IMG/VR virus record: IMGVR_UViG_3300024343_000011
DNA length: 64,000 bases
Origin: an uncultured virus (IMG/VR IMGVR_UViG_3300024343_000011)
Taxonomy: Duplodnaviria; Heunggongvirae; Uroviricota; Caudoviricetes; Crassvirales
Strand: one strand, 5' to 3'
In this document: one piece after another, positions 52,790 through 62,858 of the stretch
How positions within the stretch are numbered: the first letter of the stretch is position 1
Layout: each line of letters starts with the position of its first letter
Program-made: the position numbers and the translations under genes
Notes under the pieces: model-generated
The model's input: only the letters and a program-made list of their open reading frames with translations
Databases searched by the model: none
What the model was told of the DNA's origin: nothing

Positions 52790-53138
52790 TTGCCACTATT
52801 TCTATTTACTGGCAATTGTGAGTAATTCTGCCGCATTATAGTTCGGCGTAACAATAAACACTGGGACGCTTAAAAGCAAATATATGCACAAAGTAGCGAA
52901 AAGTAATACCTTGTGCAAAAATAACCATTATATTGTGCAATTTGTGCTATTTTTGGCACATTTAACCATTATAATGTGCAATTATTGTACAATAATGTCC
53001 TTTAAGACACCCAAAACTATGTCAAAATGAGCTTTATATGACCGGTTATTCCGCCATTACTTGATTTGTTGTCAAATAATGGCGGGTTATACGGACAATA
53101 ACCGAGTAATGTCCAGTTTATTTACATAAAAACTGGAC
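52790..53138. repeat. cluster of different imperfect palindromes in non-coding DNA
   Basis: TTGCCA/TGGCAA, TGCACAA/TTGTGCA, GCACATT/AATGTGC, ATTATTGTACAATAAT, CCGCCATTA/TAATGGCGG, GTCCAGTTT/AAACTGGAC. Confidence 0.6.
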
Positions 53139-54994
53139 TATGAAACCTCGCAGGCACCGCCAGCGCAAGCAGCTTGGTCCATTAGGCTCGTCTTGTCGCT
53201 AATCTCTACAATTTTTGCGACATCCAAAGCGTTAAGATTTGTAACGAGTTGATCGTACTTCTCCTTTGTAATGGTCTCGAACGGAGTTTGAACGTACGTT
53301 CCAAGGTCCTTTGGCAAGAAAGATAGTCCGTTGAAGAACTGCTTGTTCTTCCACAACCACTCTCCAACTGCCGGCCACTCTGACTGACCCATGCTCACCG
53401 TAGCGCTCACGTTGTGTGTGTTATCTCCACGCACGTGTCCCGGTGTGATCCAGTACTCGTGGAAGTACTTTACACGCTCCAAGAACTGAATAGCGTTCTC
53501 GTCATTTCTAGTGATGGCGCCAACCGGTGCAGACTGCGGAACAGACACGACAGCTTGCTGCTGTGGCTTGAACACATCGTCCTCCAACATCTCTGGGTGG
53601 TAGATCGACAGGTACGTGTACATCGCCTCATTCTTTCCAATACGCATCCTGCGGACATAATACTCGTCGTGCCATGCATGGATACCAGACGAAGTCCCCA
53701 AGACCAAGGAAGAGGTCCCAGATGGCTTCACGCATGTGATGCGAGCTGCCGGATTGATTCCGATCATCTCAGACACAGACACGTTTGCGTATATCGCTTG
53801 GTTAACGGCCAGCTGAAGGTTCATCTTCATCACCGGACCGCTAGCGATCCCGGTCATGCCGATTCCCAACAATGCCTCTCGCTCTGTGGTCTCTTTCCAG
53901 ATCGGACGCAGGTAATGGAAGTCAGTGTAGCTTGCCTGCATGGTTCCAATAACAGAGGCCCAGTACACGCGATCGTTCAAGTCGTCCTGGTCCTTGATGT
54001 CAGAGGCATTCACCTCTACCAAGTTACAGAACTGGAATGGGTTCAACGCAATCTCAGCGCAGGGGTTGGTGCCCATGGTCTCGTTATCGCTGAAGTAAAA
54101 ACCGGGCTCACCAGAATTGCTCAACTCAATTTTTTTCCATAGACCAAGGAACTCCTCCTTAGATACACTATCACGCTTTAGGATAGCAGAGTTGTTGGCA
54201 CGTGCACGCTGTGGGTTCAGTTCCCACCAGTTGCCGAACTTAGACGTGAGCATTTCCTCGTCGTCAAGATCAAACAATGAAATCATCGCGCTGCGTCTGA
54301 TACCGCCGCTTAATACCGCATCTGCGATAAAGCACATGATGTCGTGACACTCTACAGATGTAAGCCTTTCTCCGTCAGACTTGCGGTCTAATACTGACTG
54401 GATGTGCATCAAGCAGATCTTCAATGGCTCCGGTCCCGGGGCAACACCACCAGATGTGATAAGCCTTTCTCCCTTTGCTCTGATCGCACGGAAGTCGAAG
54501 CTAGGTACTGTGGCGCTAAGGCCCAAGTATCCTTTCATCAAAACCTTTACGGCGTCTGCCCAACCCTCGATAGAGTCACCGATCAAGTACCTACGAGTCT
54601 TGGTTCCCTTGGCAATTGCTGGAAGCTTCTCAATGTTAAATGACTGCACCGAGTATCCAACACCAGTACCACAAAGAAGCAAGAACATGGTCTCAGAGAA
54701 CGCACGGTAATCGTCAACCGACAAGTAAGAGCAGTTGAACAAGCGAGTGTTGTTTACCTCGATTGGCTTTCCACCAAACTGAAGCGATCGCATAGACGGG
54801 AGGATCTTCTTGGCATACACCAACTCATAAGCTCTCTCGATCAAAGCGGTCATCTGAGGGAACTTCCTCAAGTGCATTTCCTTGTTGCGTGTAACAAGCT
54901 CGGTCCATGTCTCTCTTCTGTTCAACTCAGGTACGAAGCGGGCATACTTAGACCATACTACTAAATCCGATAAAATCTCTTTCTCTAGTTCCAT
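53138..54994 (-). CDS. nrdJ: class II (B12-dependent) ribonucleotide reductase
   Basis: PSMRSL, FNC, GGIRRSA, TNPCAEI, CVKPSGT, C-terminal CAGGAC. Confidence 0.9.
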   Translation of the reverse strand: MELEKEILSDLVVWSKYARFVPELNRRETWTELVTRNKEMHLRKFPQMTALIERAYELVYAKKILPSMRSLQFGGKPIEVNNTRLFNCSYLSVDDYRAFSETMFLLLCGTGVGYSVQSFNIEKLPAIAKGTKTRRYLIGDSIEGWADAVKVLMKGYLGLSATVPSFDFRAIRAKGERLITSGGVAPGPEPLKICLMHIQSVLDRKSDGERLTSVECHDIMCFIADAVLSGGIRRSAMISLFDLDDEEMLTSKFGNWWELNPQRARANNSAILKRDSVSKEEFLGLWKKIELSNSGEPGFYFSDNETMGTNPCAEIALNPFQFCNLVEVNASDIKDQDDLNDRVYWASVIGTMQASYTDFHYLRPIWKETTEREALLGIGMTGIASGPVMKMNLQLAVNQAIYANVSVSEMIGINPAARITCVKPSGTSSLVLGTSSGIHAWHDEYYVRRMRIGKNEAMYTYLSIYHPEMLEDDVFKPQQQAVVSVPQSAPVGAITRNDENAIQFLERVKYFHEYWITPGHVRGDNTHNVSATVSMGQSEWPAVGEWLWKNKQFFNGLSFLPKDLGTYVQTPFETITKEKYDQLVTNLNALDVAKIVEISDKTSLMDQAACAGGACEVS

Positions 54995-54997
54995 ACC

Positions 54998-55378
54998 TTA
55001 AAACGCTTTACCATGCTTATAACCCCTTGTTGAATTGTAGGCCATCTTAAGTTGAATGTGATTCTGAAGGTCAATATCAAGACCGCCACATAAATCAAAT
55101 AGACGTATACAAACGTCTGCCAACTCGTCCTCGAAGCTAGACTTAATATTATTTCTAAAAATTTCTGCATATTCTTCTTTTGTGCCACCTCTTGCAAAGA
55201 AGTCGTCAGACAAGAGGGCGACTGCTGCCTTGTCTGCGTAATGATTTTTCCTCAAGGCCTCTAGTGCCTCCGCTGCCTCAGATACGATCAACATCAACAT
55301 CTCTGGTTTGTTGCGCTCTGTGTCCCAAAACCCGTTGGCTTTGGCTGTTCCGTGTGCTTGTGATATTAGCTTTTTCAT
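54998..55378 (-). CDS. MazG-like NTP pyrophosphohydrolase
   Basis: LIVSEAAEALEA, EDELAD, KMAYN..R.YKHGK. Confidence 0.8.
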   Translation of the reverse strand: MKKLISQAHGTAKANGFWDTERNKPEMLMLIVSEAAEALEALRKNHYADKAAVALLSDDFFARGGTKEEYAEIFRNNIKSSFEDELADVCIRLFDLCGGLDIDLQNHIQLKMAYNSTRGYKHGKAF

Positions 55379-55635
55379 AATAGTTCTTTAAATTTTTCCA
55401 TTGAGTCGCAGACCAAGGCCTCGACTCCTATCTCTTTTAATTCTTTAATTCGATACTCTTGCAGTGGCCGGGCCTTACCTCCCTCTCTCTTGACCTCAAC
55501 AAAGACAGTTCTCCCTTCCCGATACATGTACAGATCGGGGATCCCTGGTTTATTAGTGCTCAAAAGTTTTAGGACGTACCACCCGTTTTCCTCAGCAAGC
55601 TTGATCATCTTTGATTGCAGCTTAGATTCTAACAT
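55375..55635 (-). CDS. VRR-NUC nuclease
   Basis: E..LQ, GIPDL, FVEVK, LQ.Y; start ATG 55635. Confidence 0.85.
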   Translation of the reverse strand: MLESKLQSKMIKLAEENGWYVLKLLSTNKPGIPDLYMYREGRTVFVEVKREGGKARPLQEYRIKELKEIGVEALVCDSMEKFKELL

Positions 55636-55639
55636 GGGA

Positions 55640-56893
55640 CTACAAAGATAATAAATCCTTCTTGAAATGCGATACCGTGTAAGGTTTTTTTCCTTGAACA
55701 ACCTTATAAATTTTCTCCTCGATACCACCCTCGGCAAAGACCCAGTACACGTTATTCTCTAGCCTGTCCATCGTAGTTAGGCGATCCCGGCTCTGCCAGT
55801 AAGACGTAGCAGAGAAGTCAATGTTGTAGTAGACCAAGTAGTCGGCCTGCATCAAAGAGATTCCCTCACGCCCCGTAACAATTTGTATAGCAAAATTGTT
55901 ACACTCACCTGCATGAAATTTTCCTAAATCGGTGGTCATATCTTCTTGAAAGACAGACAACAAGCTTTCTAGCTCTGCCTGGAACTTGTAGAATACCGCT
56001 ATGCGTTTTCCTGCAAAGTGCTCCTTTATGAACTCAGACTTCGTGTTGTCAAACACTAGCCTGTTCCCTGACTCAAGGATGACAGTCCCGCTGTAGATCT
56101 GGTGCAGCTTCTGCATCAGCTTTACCGGAGTGTCGGCAAGTATCACGTCGCTCTTGCCCTCGAAGACCAGGTCCTTCTTCAGCTTGTCTGCGATCTTGTA
56201 GGTGGTCTCGCTCATCTTGACCATGAGAACGTGCTCGTTTACCTTGGATGTAAATCCGGCCTCGTCCTGCGTGTAGCTGATCATGTAAGGCTGTACCGCC
56301 GGCATGATGCTCTCCTTGATGCCGTTCGAGTAGTCGTGGACCCTGAATCCGTTGATCATCCGCTCCCAGATCTTTACGTAGATGTGAGCCCACTTGTAGA
56401 AGGTCGGCTCATAGAACGGAGACCTTGACCCGAGCACCCACATCTGATGGTACATCTGTGAGTATGACTCCGGCGACGGCGTTCCCGACAGAAAGATGAC
56501 ATATGGGTTGTGCTTGTGCACCAGATCCCTTGCAACCTTGGCCCTGTTAGACGGTTTGGGAAATGCTCCCATGCTGTGAGCCTCGTCGAATACAATGGCA
56601 TCTATCTTGGACATGTCGACCTTGTGCAGGCTCTCGTAGTTTACAAACGTGCAATTGTAGCTAGGGGCCAGAGCCTTGTAGTCCTTCTGGATTCCGGATA
56701 TCGCCTTCTTCTTGGTTACAAATACCATTTCGTTGACGTCACCAATATGATCAAGAGCAGACAAGGCCGTCAAGGTCTTGCCTGTCCTAACTTCCATGGA
56801 AAGATATGCAAAACGAGGGGCTCCCCTCAATAATTCACAAGTTTTTTCCACTATAACCTGCTGATATGGTCTTAATGTGATATTTTTTTCCAT
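55640..56893 (-). CDS. SF2 (SNF2-like) helicase
   Basis: LRPYQ, TGKT, DEAH, SGTP, EGISL, QSRDR. Confidence 0.85.
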   Translation of the reverse strand: MEKNITLRPYQQVIVEKTCELLRGAPRFAYLSMEVRTGKTLTALSALDHIGDVNEMVFVTKKKAISGIQKDYKALAPSYNCTFVNYESLHKVDMSKIDAIVFDEAHSMGAFPKPSNRAKVARDLVHKHNPYVIFLSGTPSPESYSQMYHQMWVLGSRSPFYEPTFYKWAHIYVKIWERMINGFRVHDYSNGIKESIMPAVQPYMISYTQDEAGFTSKVNEHVLMVKMSETTYKIADKLKKDLVFEGKSDVILADTPVKLMQKLHQIYSGTVILESGNRLVFDNTKSEFIKEHFAGKRIAVFYKFQAELESLLSVFQEDMTTDLGKFHAGECNNFAIQIVTGREGISLMQADYLVYYNIDFSATSYWQSRDRLTTMDRLENNVYWVFAEGGIEEKIYKVVQGKKPYTVSHFKKDLLSL

Positions 56894-59289
56894 TAGAATT
56901 CAAATTCAGATTGCTCAGGCTCCTTCTTTACAAACTTGATCCATCGCCCAGAACCATCACGTCCCTGCTCTACGGTCTCTCCTGTGTAGAACATACCGAA
57001 CGACTCGAGCCACTTGTAGAACTTGTTCAACGATATCGATGTCTTTCCTCTCTGACCAAAGTCAGGGTTGTCCAGCACGAAGTCCTTGTACACGTCCTCC
57101 TTGTAGATCTTAGAGTTTGTTCTTAGGTACCTGTTCTCGCTGTCTGTCATCCACTCCCAGAAGCTGTGGTCCGTCTCTGCGATAAACTTACGTGTCTTAA
57201 GATTCTTAAAGTCAGACTTAATAAATCCAAAGCACAGGTAGTTCTTTAAGTTGTTGACCATGTAGTTGTCAAACTTGCACCAGTCGTCATCGTTCCAGTC
57301 CTCGAACAACAAACGGCCAAACTCTACGTGTGGCGTGAAGTCCTTGTTGTAGTACTGCTTGAACTCTAGCTCCCACTTGCGTCGCTCGAATGAGTTACCC
57401 TTTCCCTTGATCGCGTAGTTGGTCGTGATAACAACCTTCGGCGACTTGTGGAACGGTATCTTGATGGCGTCCTTGTTCTTCTTCTCAAGAGTGATACCCT
57501 CGGTAACGATAGAGAATAACCTCTCGAAGTCAAAGTTCCTTCTCACGTCATCAAATACGATGATCTGTGTGTCCGTTGACACGGTCTGGTAGGCGAAGCT
57601 CCTCTCGAAGTTAAAACTCTTTCCGTCGATCACCGACGACTTCTTCATCCTAGAGATGGCGTTCATGAATAGCCCCTTACCCGTACCACCCTCTGGGTTG
57701 TCGGTGATGACCTCGTCATTGATAATAACCGCAGGGCAGTACCCATGGTTCTTGTAGCTGTGCAGCAAGAAACCAACCGTACTCTCTACCGATCTGACAC
57801 GGTCCCTCTCTCCTCCAGATATGTTAGAGATGAATGTCTTGAAGTCGCAGTCATGCGAGTCGCATATCTCAAAGTCCCTGTCAATTACCTGATCCTTCCA
57901 CACGTAACCACCAAGGTCGATGTAGTCGATCATAACGATCTCGTTGCAGTTGGCCTTGACGGCGCAGTTCCTGTAGTACAGGTATGCATCGTCCTTGTCG
58001 TCCTCTACAAAGTACACGTCGACAGGAGACAGCAGAGACAGAAAGTCTTCCTTGAAGTATCTGGTCTTGTCTGCAAAGTGATTGTAGATGGACAGGTCCT
58101 CCATCTTGAATAGATACTCTAGAACAAAGTCCTTGATCTCATCTTCAGATGCATTAGAAATAAGGTTATTCGTAACCTTAACAAAAATATAGTTTTTTGT
58201 GCCCTCCGGCGAATACTTAAAGTAACCATTGTCTTCTAGAAATTCTTTTAATAAATAATGTACAACACTGACCGCGCCCTTCGATGACTTGGTCCAAAAA
58301 TCTTTGCTTGATGAGTCCTCCTCTATCTTTACCATTACGGCGTCAGATACACCGTCACTCAGCCCGGAATCTCTAAGCTGTTGACGGATCTCCTTTTTTG
58401 GCACGCCCTTCTTGATCTGCCTTCTCACGCTGTCGATCGCGTCCCGGTCCTCGAAGAACTTGGTATTGAAGTTCTGCTCCTTTCGGTAAGCGCTGTCGAT
58501 TGTGGTCTTGATCTCAGATAGCGGGAAGTCATCGTGTGCAAACTCTCCGAGCACGTAGCTCGCTAGCTCCTTGTTGATGCCAAAGTCATTGAATGCGGCA
58601 GCTAGGATGTACACGTTTGCGTTTCTCTCTCCGACCACGATCCCGTACTGGCGCTCCCACCAAAGGCGTAGCCTGCGTACAATTTCGTTCTGGTCCGTAA
58701 GAGTGATAGTGCGCTCGTTGTCAGGCCTCTTGATCTGCTCGAACTCTTCCTCCGATACCTTGTCCCATTCCTTTGACTCTGGGTTATGGAATATCAATGG
58801 GTCGTAAGACTCGTAGCAGACACGGGAGATGTTCTTCGATGTCTTGTCAAACTGCTCGCAGTTGTAGTACTTCTCGAGTGACTTGAAGTATGACTTGTGC
58901 TTGTCCTCGTCTGCCGGTATCTTGACCAGCAACTTGAGGCCATCGCCAGATGGTGAGATAAACACTGACAGGGTGTACTTGTCCTTAGTGAACTCCTCCT
59001 TCTTGGCAAGCATGTCCGCCTTCTTTGAAAAGCCATCGAAGTCTAGGCAGATCACGCCAGAGTGAGATACTAGTGCAGAGTCTTCTCTGCGTGTGAACTC
59101 ACCGGAGAAGCAGATAGCCGGTAGCTCCTTCTTTATCTGGTTTCGTTTCTCCTTGTCCTTCTCCTCTCTGATCCGCTTGACGATGTCCTTGGACTTGCCC
59201 TCCTTGATCCTGTGAATGATGTAGTCGACCGACCTGTAGAATGGCGCCGACGTGTCCTTGATGCTCTTGAATATTGTTATGTTTCCCAT
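56893..59289 (-). CDS. primase-helicase (VirE-N/BT4734-like + PriCT + P-loop)
   Basis: K..LPAICFSG, HSG.ICLDFD, SPSGDGLK, GERN, GGTGKG; start ATG 59289. Confidence 0.8.
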   Translation of the reverse strand: MGNITIFKSIKDTSAPFYRSVDYIIHRIKEGKSKDIVKRIREEKDKEKRNQIKKELPAICFSGEFTRREDSALVSHSGVICLDFDGFSKKADMLAKKEEFTKDKYTLSVFISPSGDGLKLLVKIPADEDKHKSYFKSLEKYYNCEQFDKTSKNISRVCYESYDPLIFHNPESKEWDKVSEEEFEQIKRPDNERTITLTDQNEIVRRLRLWWERQYGIVVGERNANVYILAAAFNDFGINKELASYVLGEFAHDDFPLSEIKTTIDSAYRKEQNFNTKFFEDRDAIDSVRRQIKKGVPKKEIRQQLRDSGLSDGVSDAVMVKIEEDSSSKDFWTKSSKGAVSVVHYLLKEFLEDNGYFKYSPEGTKNYIFVKVTNNLISNASEDEIKDFVLEYLFKMEDLSIYNHFADKTRYFKEDFLSLLSPVDVYFVEDDKDDAYLYYRNCAVKANCNEIVMIDYIDLGGYVWKDQVIDRDFEICDSHDCDFKTFISNISGGERDRVRSVESTVGFLLHSYKNHGYCPAVIINDEVITDNPEGGTGKGLFMNAISRMKKSSVIDGKSFNFERSFAYQTVSTDTQIIVFDDVRRNFDFERLFSIVTEGITLEKKNKDAIKIPFHKSPKVVITTNYAIKGKGNSFERRKWELEFKQYYNKDFTPHVEFGRLLFEDWNDDDWCKFDNYMVNNLKNYLCFGFIKSDFKNLKTRKFIAETDHSFWEWMTDSENRYLRTNSKIYKEDVYKDFVLDNPDFGQRGKTSISLNKFYKWLESFGMFYTGETVEQGRDGSGRWIKFVKKEPEQSEFEF

Positions 59290-59303
59290 TGGATTTGATT
59301 TGT

Positions 59304-59507
59304 TCATTTGTATGCGGAACCATTTATCATGTCTTGCAACACGTCCATGATGTCCTGCTGTGTCTGGCCCCAGTACATGCTGCACTTGCCGTCTATGATC
59401 GGGGACTCGGTAAAGTATGACTGATACTCAGTCGCTGGGTCTGTGAACCTGTGGCATGTCTCCTTCATGGGACATCCCTCTCCCTTGCATTTGGTTATGT
59501 CGCTCAT
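59304..59507 (-). CDS. small Cys-rich phage protein
   Basis: MSDITKC.G..CP.KE.C.RF...QSYF...P. Confidence 0.65.
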   Translation of the reverse strand: MSDITKCKGEGCPMKETCHRFTDPATEYQSYFTESPIIDGKCSMYWGQTQQDIMDVLQDMINGSAYK

Positions 59508-59728
59508 AAGTTATCGATCTCTTGTCTTACTCTGTGAAGGTACTCATACATTTCGTCGGCTTGCTTTCCAGTGAACGTGAATGCCACACCGAGCATGCTC
59601 TGAATTTCTTTGGTTGCGAACAGCTTTGCGGTAGGCCACTCAATACGTGAGTCGTCGCTAATCTTAAAGCTCCTGTTCTTCATGTAATACTCGACCATCT
59701 CCTTGGCCTTAATTTTTGCTTCTATCAT
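59504..59728 (-). CDS. hypothetical protein (start uncertain)
   Basis: KAKEMVEYY...AK.FA...V.QEIDNL; the ORF-track N-terminus runs into the iteron repeats. Confidence 0.5.
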   Translation of the reverse strand: MIEAKIKAKEMVEYYMKNRSFKISDDSRIEWPTAKLFATKEIQSMLGVAFTFTGKQADEMYEYLHRVRQEIDNL

Positions 59729-59851
59729 AAATTTAATTGCTTCTTGTATTGTGTCAAACTCTTTTACCCTCTCCATGTTCACGTAAACTCTTATTTTCCT
59801 ATTGTCATTTACTGTCGCTCTTACGATTTGAGTGTTCGAAGGTATGGTTTT

Positions 59852-60069
59852 TGTGTCGATTTTTTGCATTTTGTGTCGATTTTTTGGGGTTTGTGTCGAC
59901 TTAGTGTCGATTTTAAAATGAACCGACACAACCAAACTCATTGAATTTCTTCTACTTAGCTATTTTGTGTCGATTTTTACTATACTTATTAGTAATTTTA
60001 AAAAAATATATATAGAATACAATTTTATATATATAGAGTAGAGGACCTAAAAACCGACACAACGACACA
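59852..60069. repeat. iteron-like TGTGTCG array with AT-rich core (origin-like element B)
   Basis: TGTGTCG at 59852, 59872, 59892 (20-nt period) and 59966; inverted CGACACA at 59924, 60055, 60063. Confidence 0.75.
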
Positions 60070-60102
60070 TGGGGCAGTCCCATGTGCCTGTGTCTTGGTT
60101 TC

Positions 60103-60393
60103 TTAGAACGGTAACTCTTCGGATGGTGCGCTTGCCTTCTTGGGCTCATTAGAGGACTTCTCAGCCACTTTAATGCTTCCGTCGGTCCAAACTACCTTTC
60201 CGCCTCCGATGTAGGCCTTAGAAGCCTTCGCTTCGCGTTCCTCTTTTGTCTGCGACTCGTAGATGGAAGCGTTCTTGCCCCACTGGTTCGTTGCATCGTC
60301 TACAGAGATGGTTACGTCAAGGTACTTTCCGTCCTTGATTTTGCTTTTCGTGATCTTGCTCACGTCGATTGATAAACTGATTAGTGTACTCAT
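60103..60393 (-). CDS. putative single-stranded DNA-binding protein
   Basis: Acidic C-terminal EELPF tail; adjacent to the exonuclease and recombinase. Confidence 0.6.
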   Translation of the reverse strand: MSTLISLSIDVSKITKSKIKDGKYLDVTISVDDATNQWGKNASIYESQTKEEREAKASKAYIGGGKVVWTDGSIKVAEKSSNEPKKASAPSEELPF

Positions 60394-61124
60394 AGTGTTT
60401 CTTTTGTGTAATACTGTGTGATGTCCTCCGTTTTATTTGGCCCGAAGAACTTGCGCCATACTTCTACTGCTCTTTGCACTTTCTCTTTTCCTCTGTCCAA
60501 GAACTCGTCAGAGCAGTCGAATAGTCCTGTCTTGTTGGTACCCTTCTCTACCGCGATAAAGATGACCGGCTTACCGAAGATCTGGTTGTAGATGTAGGCC
60601 TGCGAGTCGTAGTTGTACTTCCTTGCAGAGTACTTGAACTCCTCGATGTTTGATGTGGTCTTGAGGTCGATGACATACTCAGATGAGATGATGTCGGCCT
60701 TCCCCTTCCAGATCTCGCCCATTACATTGGATATACCCGGCTGCTCGTACATGTTGCCGTCCTCGTAGATCATGTCGAAGAAGTCCATGCGGCCCTTGAC
60801 AGACTCGACCATCGAGTCCAGCTCCTCTACCTCCTTGGAAAGAAGGATGATGTCTACACCCTGTGCCTCGCACATCTCTTTGTACTTGTTGGTATTTCGA
60901 GATGTCACGTCGCAGATCAGGAAGTCTACCATCTTCTGTGGCTCCAGCATTGCGGTGTGGAAGTAAGAACCCTGTACCATCGGTACAGTCTTCTCCTTGT
61001 CCTTGCCGTACGATGACGGGTCCTTCAGAAGTGTGCCGATGTCCGAGTTGGACAGGAAGGTCTTGCCGAAGTCCCCGTAATACTCAGAGTCGCTGTTCAG
61101 TCTTGTTAGGATTTCTTGGGTCAC
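60390..61124 (-). CDS. PD-(D/E)XK exonuclease (RecE/Exo VIII-like)
   Basis: LSNSDI, GS.FH..LEP, KGKAD, IDLKTT, Y..QA..Y. Confidence 0.8.
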   Translation of the reverse strand: MTQEILTRLNSDSEYYGDFGKTFLSNSDIGTLLKDPSSYGKDKEKTVPMVQGSYFHTAMLEPQKMVDFLICDVTSRNTNKYKEMCEAQGVDIILLSKEVEELDSMVESVKGRMDFFDMIYEDGNMYEQPGISNVMGEIWKGKADIISSEYVIDLKTTSNIEEFKYSARKYNYDSQAYIYNQIFGKPVIFIAVEKGTNKTGLFDCSDEFLDRGKEKVQRAVEVWRKFFGPNKTEDITQYYTKETL

Positions 61125-61705
61125 GATGCAACCTCCTTGTTAACCTCTGTCCTGATCACGTCCGTGATGTTGTACTTCTTGGACAACTGCTCAAGGATAA
61201 ATTTCGATCCCTTCTTCTTGTTGGCGTTGACATAGTTCATCACCCTTACCCAGTTCTCGTCGCCCAACTCTAGTTCGATGATGATACCCTCTGCACTTGG
61301 TGTGGCCTTGGCCGCCTTCTCCTCGTCTGGCATGTCCTCTCCGGCGTAGACGTAAAGACCTAGCCCGTGTAGTCCGATCGCCTTAGTGGTAGATCTTTGG
61401 ATCGCCTTGTTCACGTCAAATGATGTGACCCTCTCGATTGGAAGGGAAGCGTTCTTGGCGTCCATGATCGGTAGGTAATCGATGTGCTCCTGCCCGTCGA
61501 TGGTGATACCAACCTTGACCCATGCCGTCTTTCCGTCTGTGTGGTAGTTGTTACCGGTCTCAGACTCGTACACCTTTCGTGTCATGTCTGGGCAGATCTT
61601 CATTGTCTCTTGCCATGCGTAGGCCCAAGACAGGTAACTTTGATTGCCCTTCTTCTCCGTCATCTTGTTGACGTTGATTGCATTTAATTCTTTAAACTTG
61701 CTCAT
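61121..61705 (-). CDS. Sak-like (Rad52-family, DUF1071) ssDNA annealing protein
   Basis: YLSWAYAW, LPIMD, NKAIQR...KAI.LHGLGLYVYAGED. Confidence 0.85.
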   Translation of the reverse strand: MSKFKELNAINVNKMTEKKGNQSYLSWAYAWQETMKICPDMTRKVYESETGNNYHTDGKTAWVKVGITIDGQEHIDYLPIMDAKNASLPIERVTSFDVNKAIQRSTTKAIGLHGLGLYVYAGEDMPDEEKAAKATPSAEGIIIELELGDENWVRVMNYVNANKKKGSKFILEQLSKKYNITDVIRTEVNKEVAS

Positions 61706-61913
61706 ATTTTTCTATTAATTTGTTTAAATACCATTGGGCCTTCTTGAGGTCCTCTATTTTATTCTTATTCTCATACCGCCAGATGTATTTTTGTGTGTTA
61801 CCCTTAAGGTATCCACAGAACTGGTCTTTGCTCATTGATGCCTCTATCGCTTGGATGCACTCGATACCCGATTGGTTATAGTGTGCCGGCTTCTCTACGT
61901 TGTCAAAACTCAT
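61692..61913 (-). CDS. DUF3310 / T7 gp1.7-like protein
   Basis: V..PAHY..GIECI, GN..KY.WR, EDLKKA.WYL. Confidence 0.85.
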   Translation of the reverse strand: MSFDNVEKPAHYNQSGIECIQAIEASMSKDQFCGYLKGNTQKYIWRYENKNKIEDLKKAQWYLNKLIEKYEQV

Positions 61914-61928
61914 ATGCAAATTTAACCA

Positions 61929-62228
61929 TTAGTTGTCTGATTTCCAAGGACTTTCTGATAATTTTAATCCCCAGTTCAGTGAAATCATTGCCATCTGAAC
62001 ATCGGCAGACTTGGCGTAAAGCCTCATGTACTTCATCAGATAGGCCTTTCCCCACTTGCGCCATTCAGCGTCCTGATCTGGGGTCATGGTCCAGTCTTGG
62101 AACCAGTTGTCTTTCCTGTCGACGATGTCATTAAATGTCACCTCGTGTCCGGCAATCTCAAACATCTTGTTGATCAGTGTCTCAAGTGCGATCTGCCATT
62201 TTTCTTCATAACTCAATCTTTTCACCAT
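61929..62228 (-). CDS. hypothetical protein
   Basis: LINKMFEIAGH.V, W...WTMT. Confidence 0.6.
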   Translation of the reverse strand: MVKRLSYEEKWQIALETLINKMFEIAGHEVTFNDIVDRKDNWFQDWTMTPDQDAEWRKWGKAYLMKYMRLYAKSADVQMAMISLNWGLKLSESPWKSDN

Positions 62229-62354
62229 ATTCTTGTATTGTTTCTATTAGTTGATTCATTTTTACATTTATAAATACTATTATCTCCTCGCATAGTATCA
62301 GCGGTAAGCTCATTGCACCTAGCCCGAGGACCATTATGATCACGAATGCCTTTC

Positions 62355-62858
62355 TCATTTCATTTCTTTTAGTTTGTTTACATAACTAGGATCAGAGGCG
62401 TAAGACCCGTTGATGTTCTTTAAGTAACGGCCCTGTATGTGAGCGTAGCACTTGACATTGTCCTTGTAGCTGTTGTACTTGGCGTAGACCCCGTACTGGC
62501 CTGCCACGTGCTGGCACCTATGGAATACAATACCGAACAGGTTCTTGGCCTCACGTCCAACCTTGGACTTGCCTAGGCCTGACTCGATCGTTGCCTGTGC
62601 AACCGCTACGTTTGGTAGTAGAACTCCGCTGGCAACCAACTCAGCGGTCAGACCGCTATCGGTCAGTGCCATGTCATTGCTCTCTTCGTTCACTATCACG
62701 GAATGGTACACGTGTCGTATCTTTTCTGGCAGGTTGGCCATGTACACAAATCCAAGTCCCATACCCAAGTTCAGCAGAACGCTTGCAAGCATGACCCTCT
62801 TCCAGTCGTACCTGTAGCATGTGGTCATGTCGTCGTTAATTACCAGTCTCCTTTTCAT
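62355..62858 (-). CDS. membrane-anchored GH73 glucosaminidase-like muralytic enzyme
   Basis: N-terminal TM; AQATIESG, NLFGI, YASDPSY. Confidence 0.75.
   Translation of the reverse strand: MKRRLVINDDMTTCYRYDWKRVMLASVLLNLGMGLGFVYMANLPEKIRHVYHSVIVNEESNDMALTDSGLTAELVASGVLLPNVAVAQATIESGLGKSKVGREAKNLFGIVFHRCQHVAGQYGVYAKYNSYKDNVKCYAHIQGRYLKNINGSYASDPSYVNKLKEMK

Noticed and set aside
59729..60149. N-terminal extension of ORF 59504-59941 and ORF 59952-60149
   Set aside because: Largely translate the iteron and AT-rich repeats (repeated KIDTK, KNRHK).
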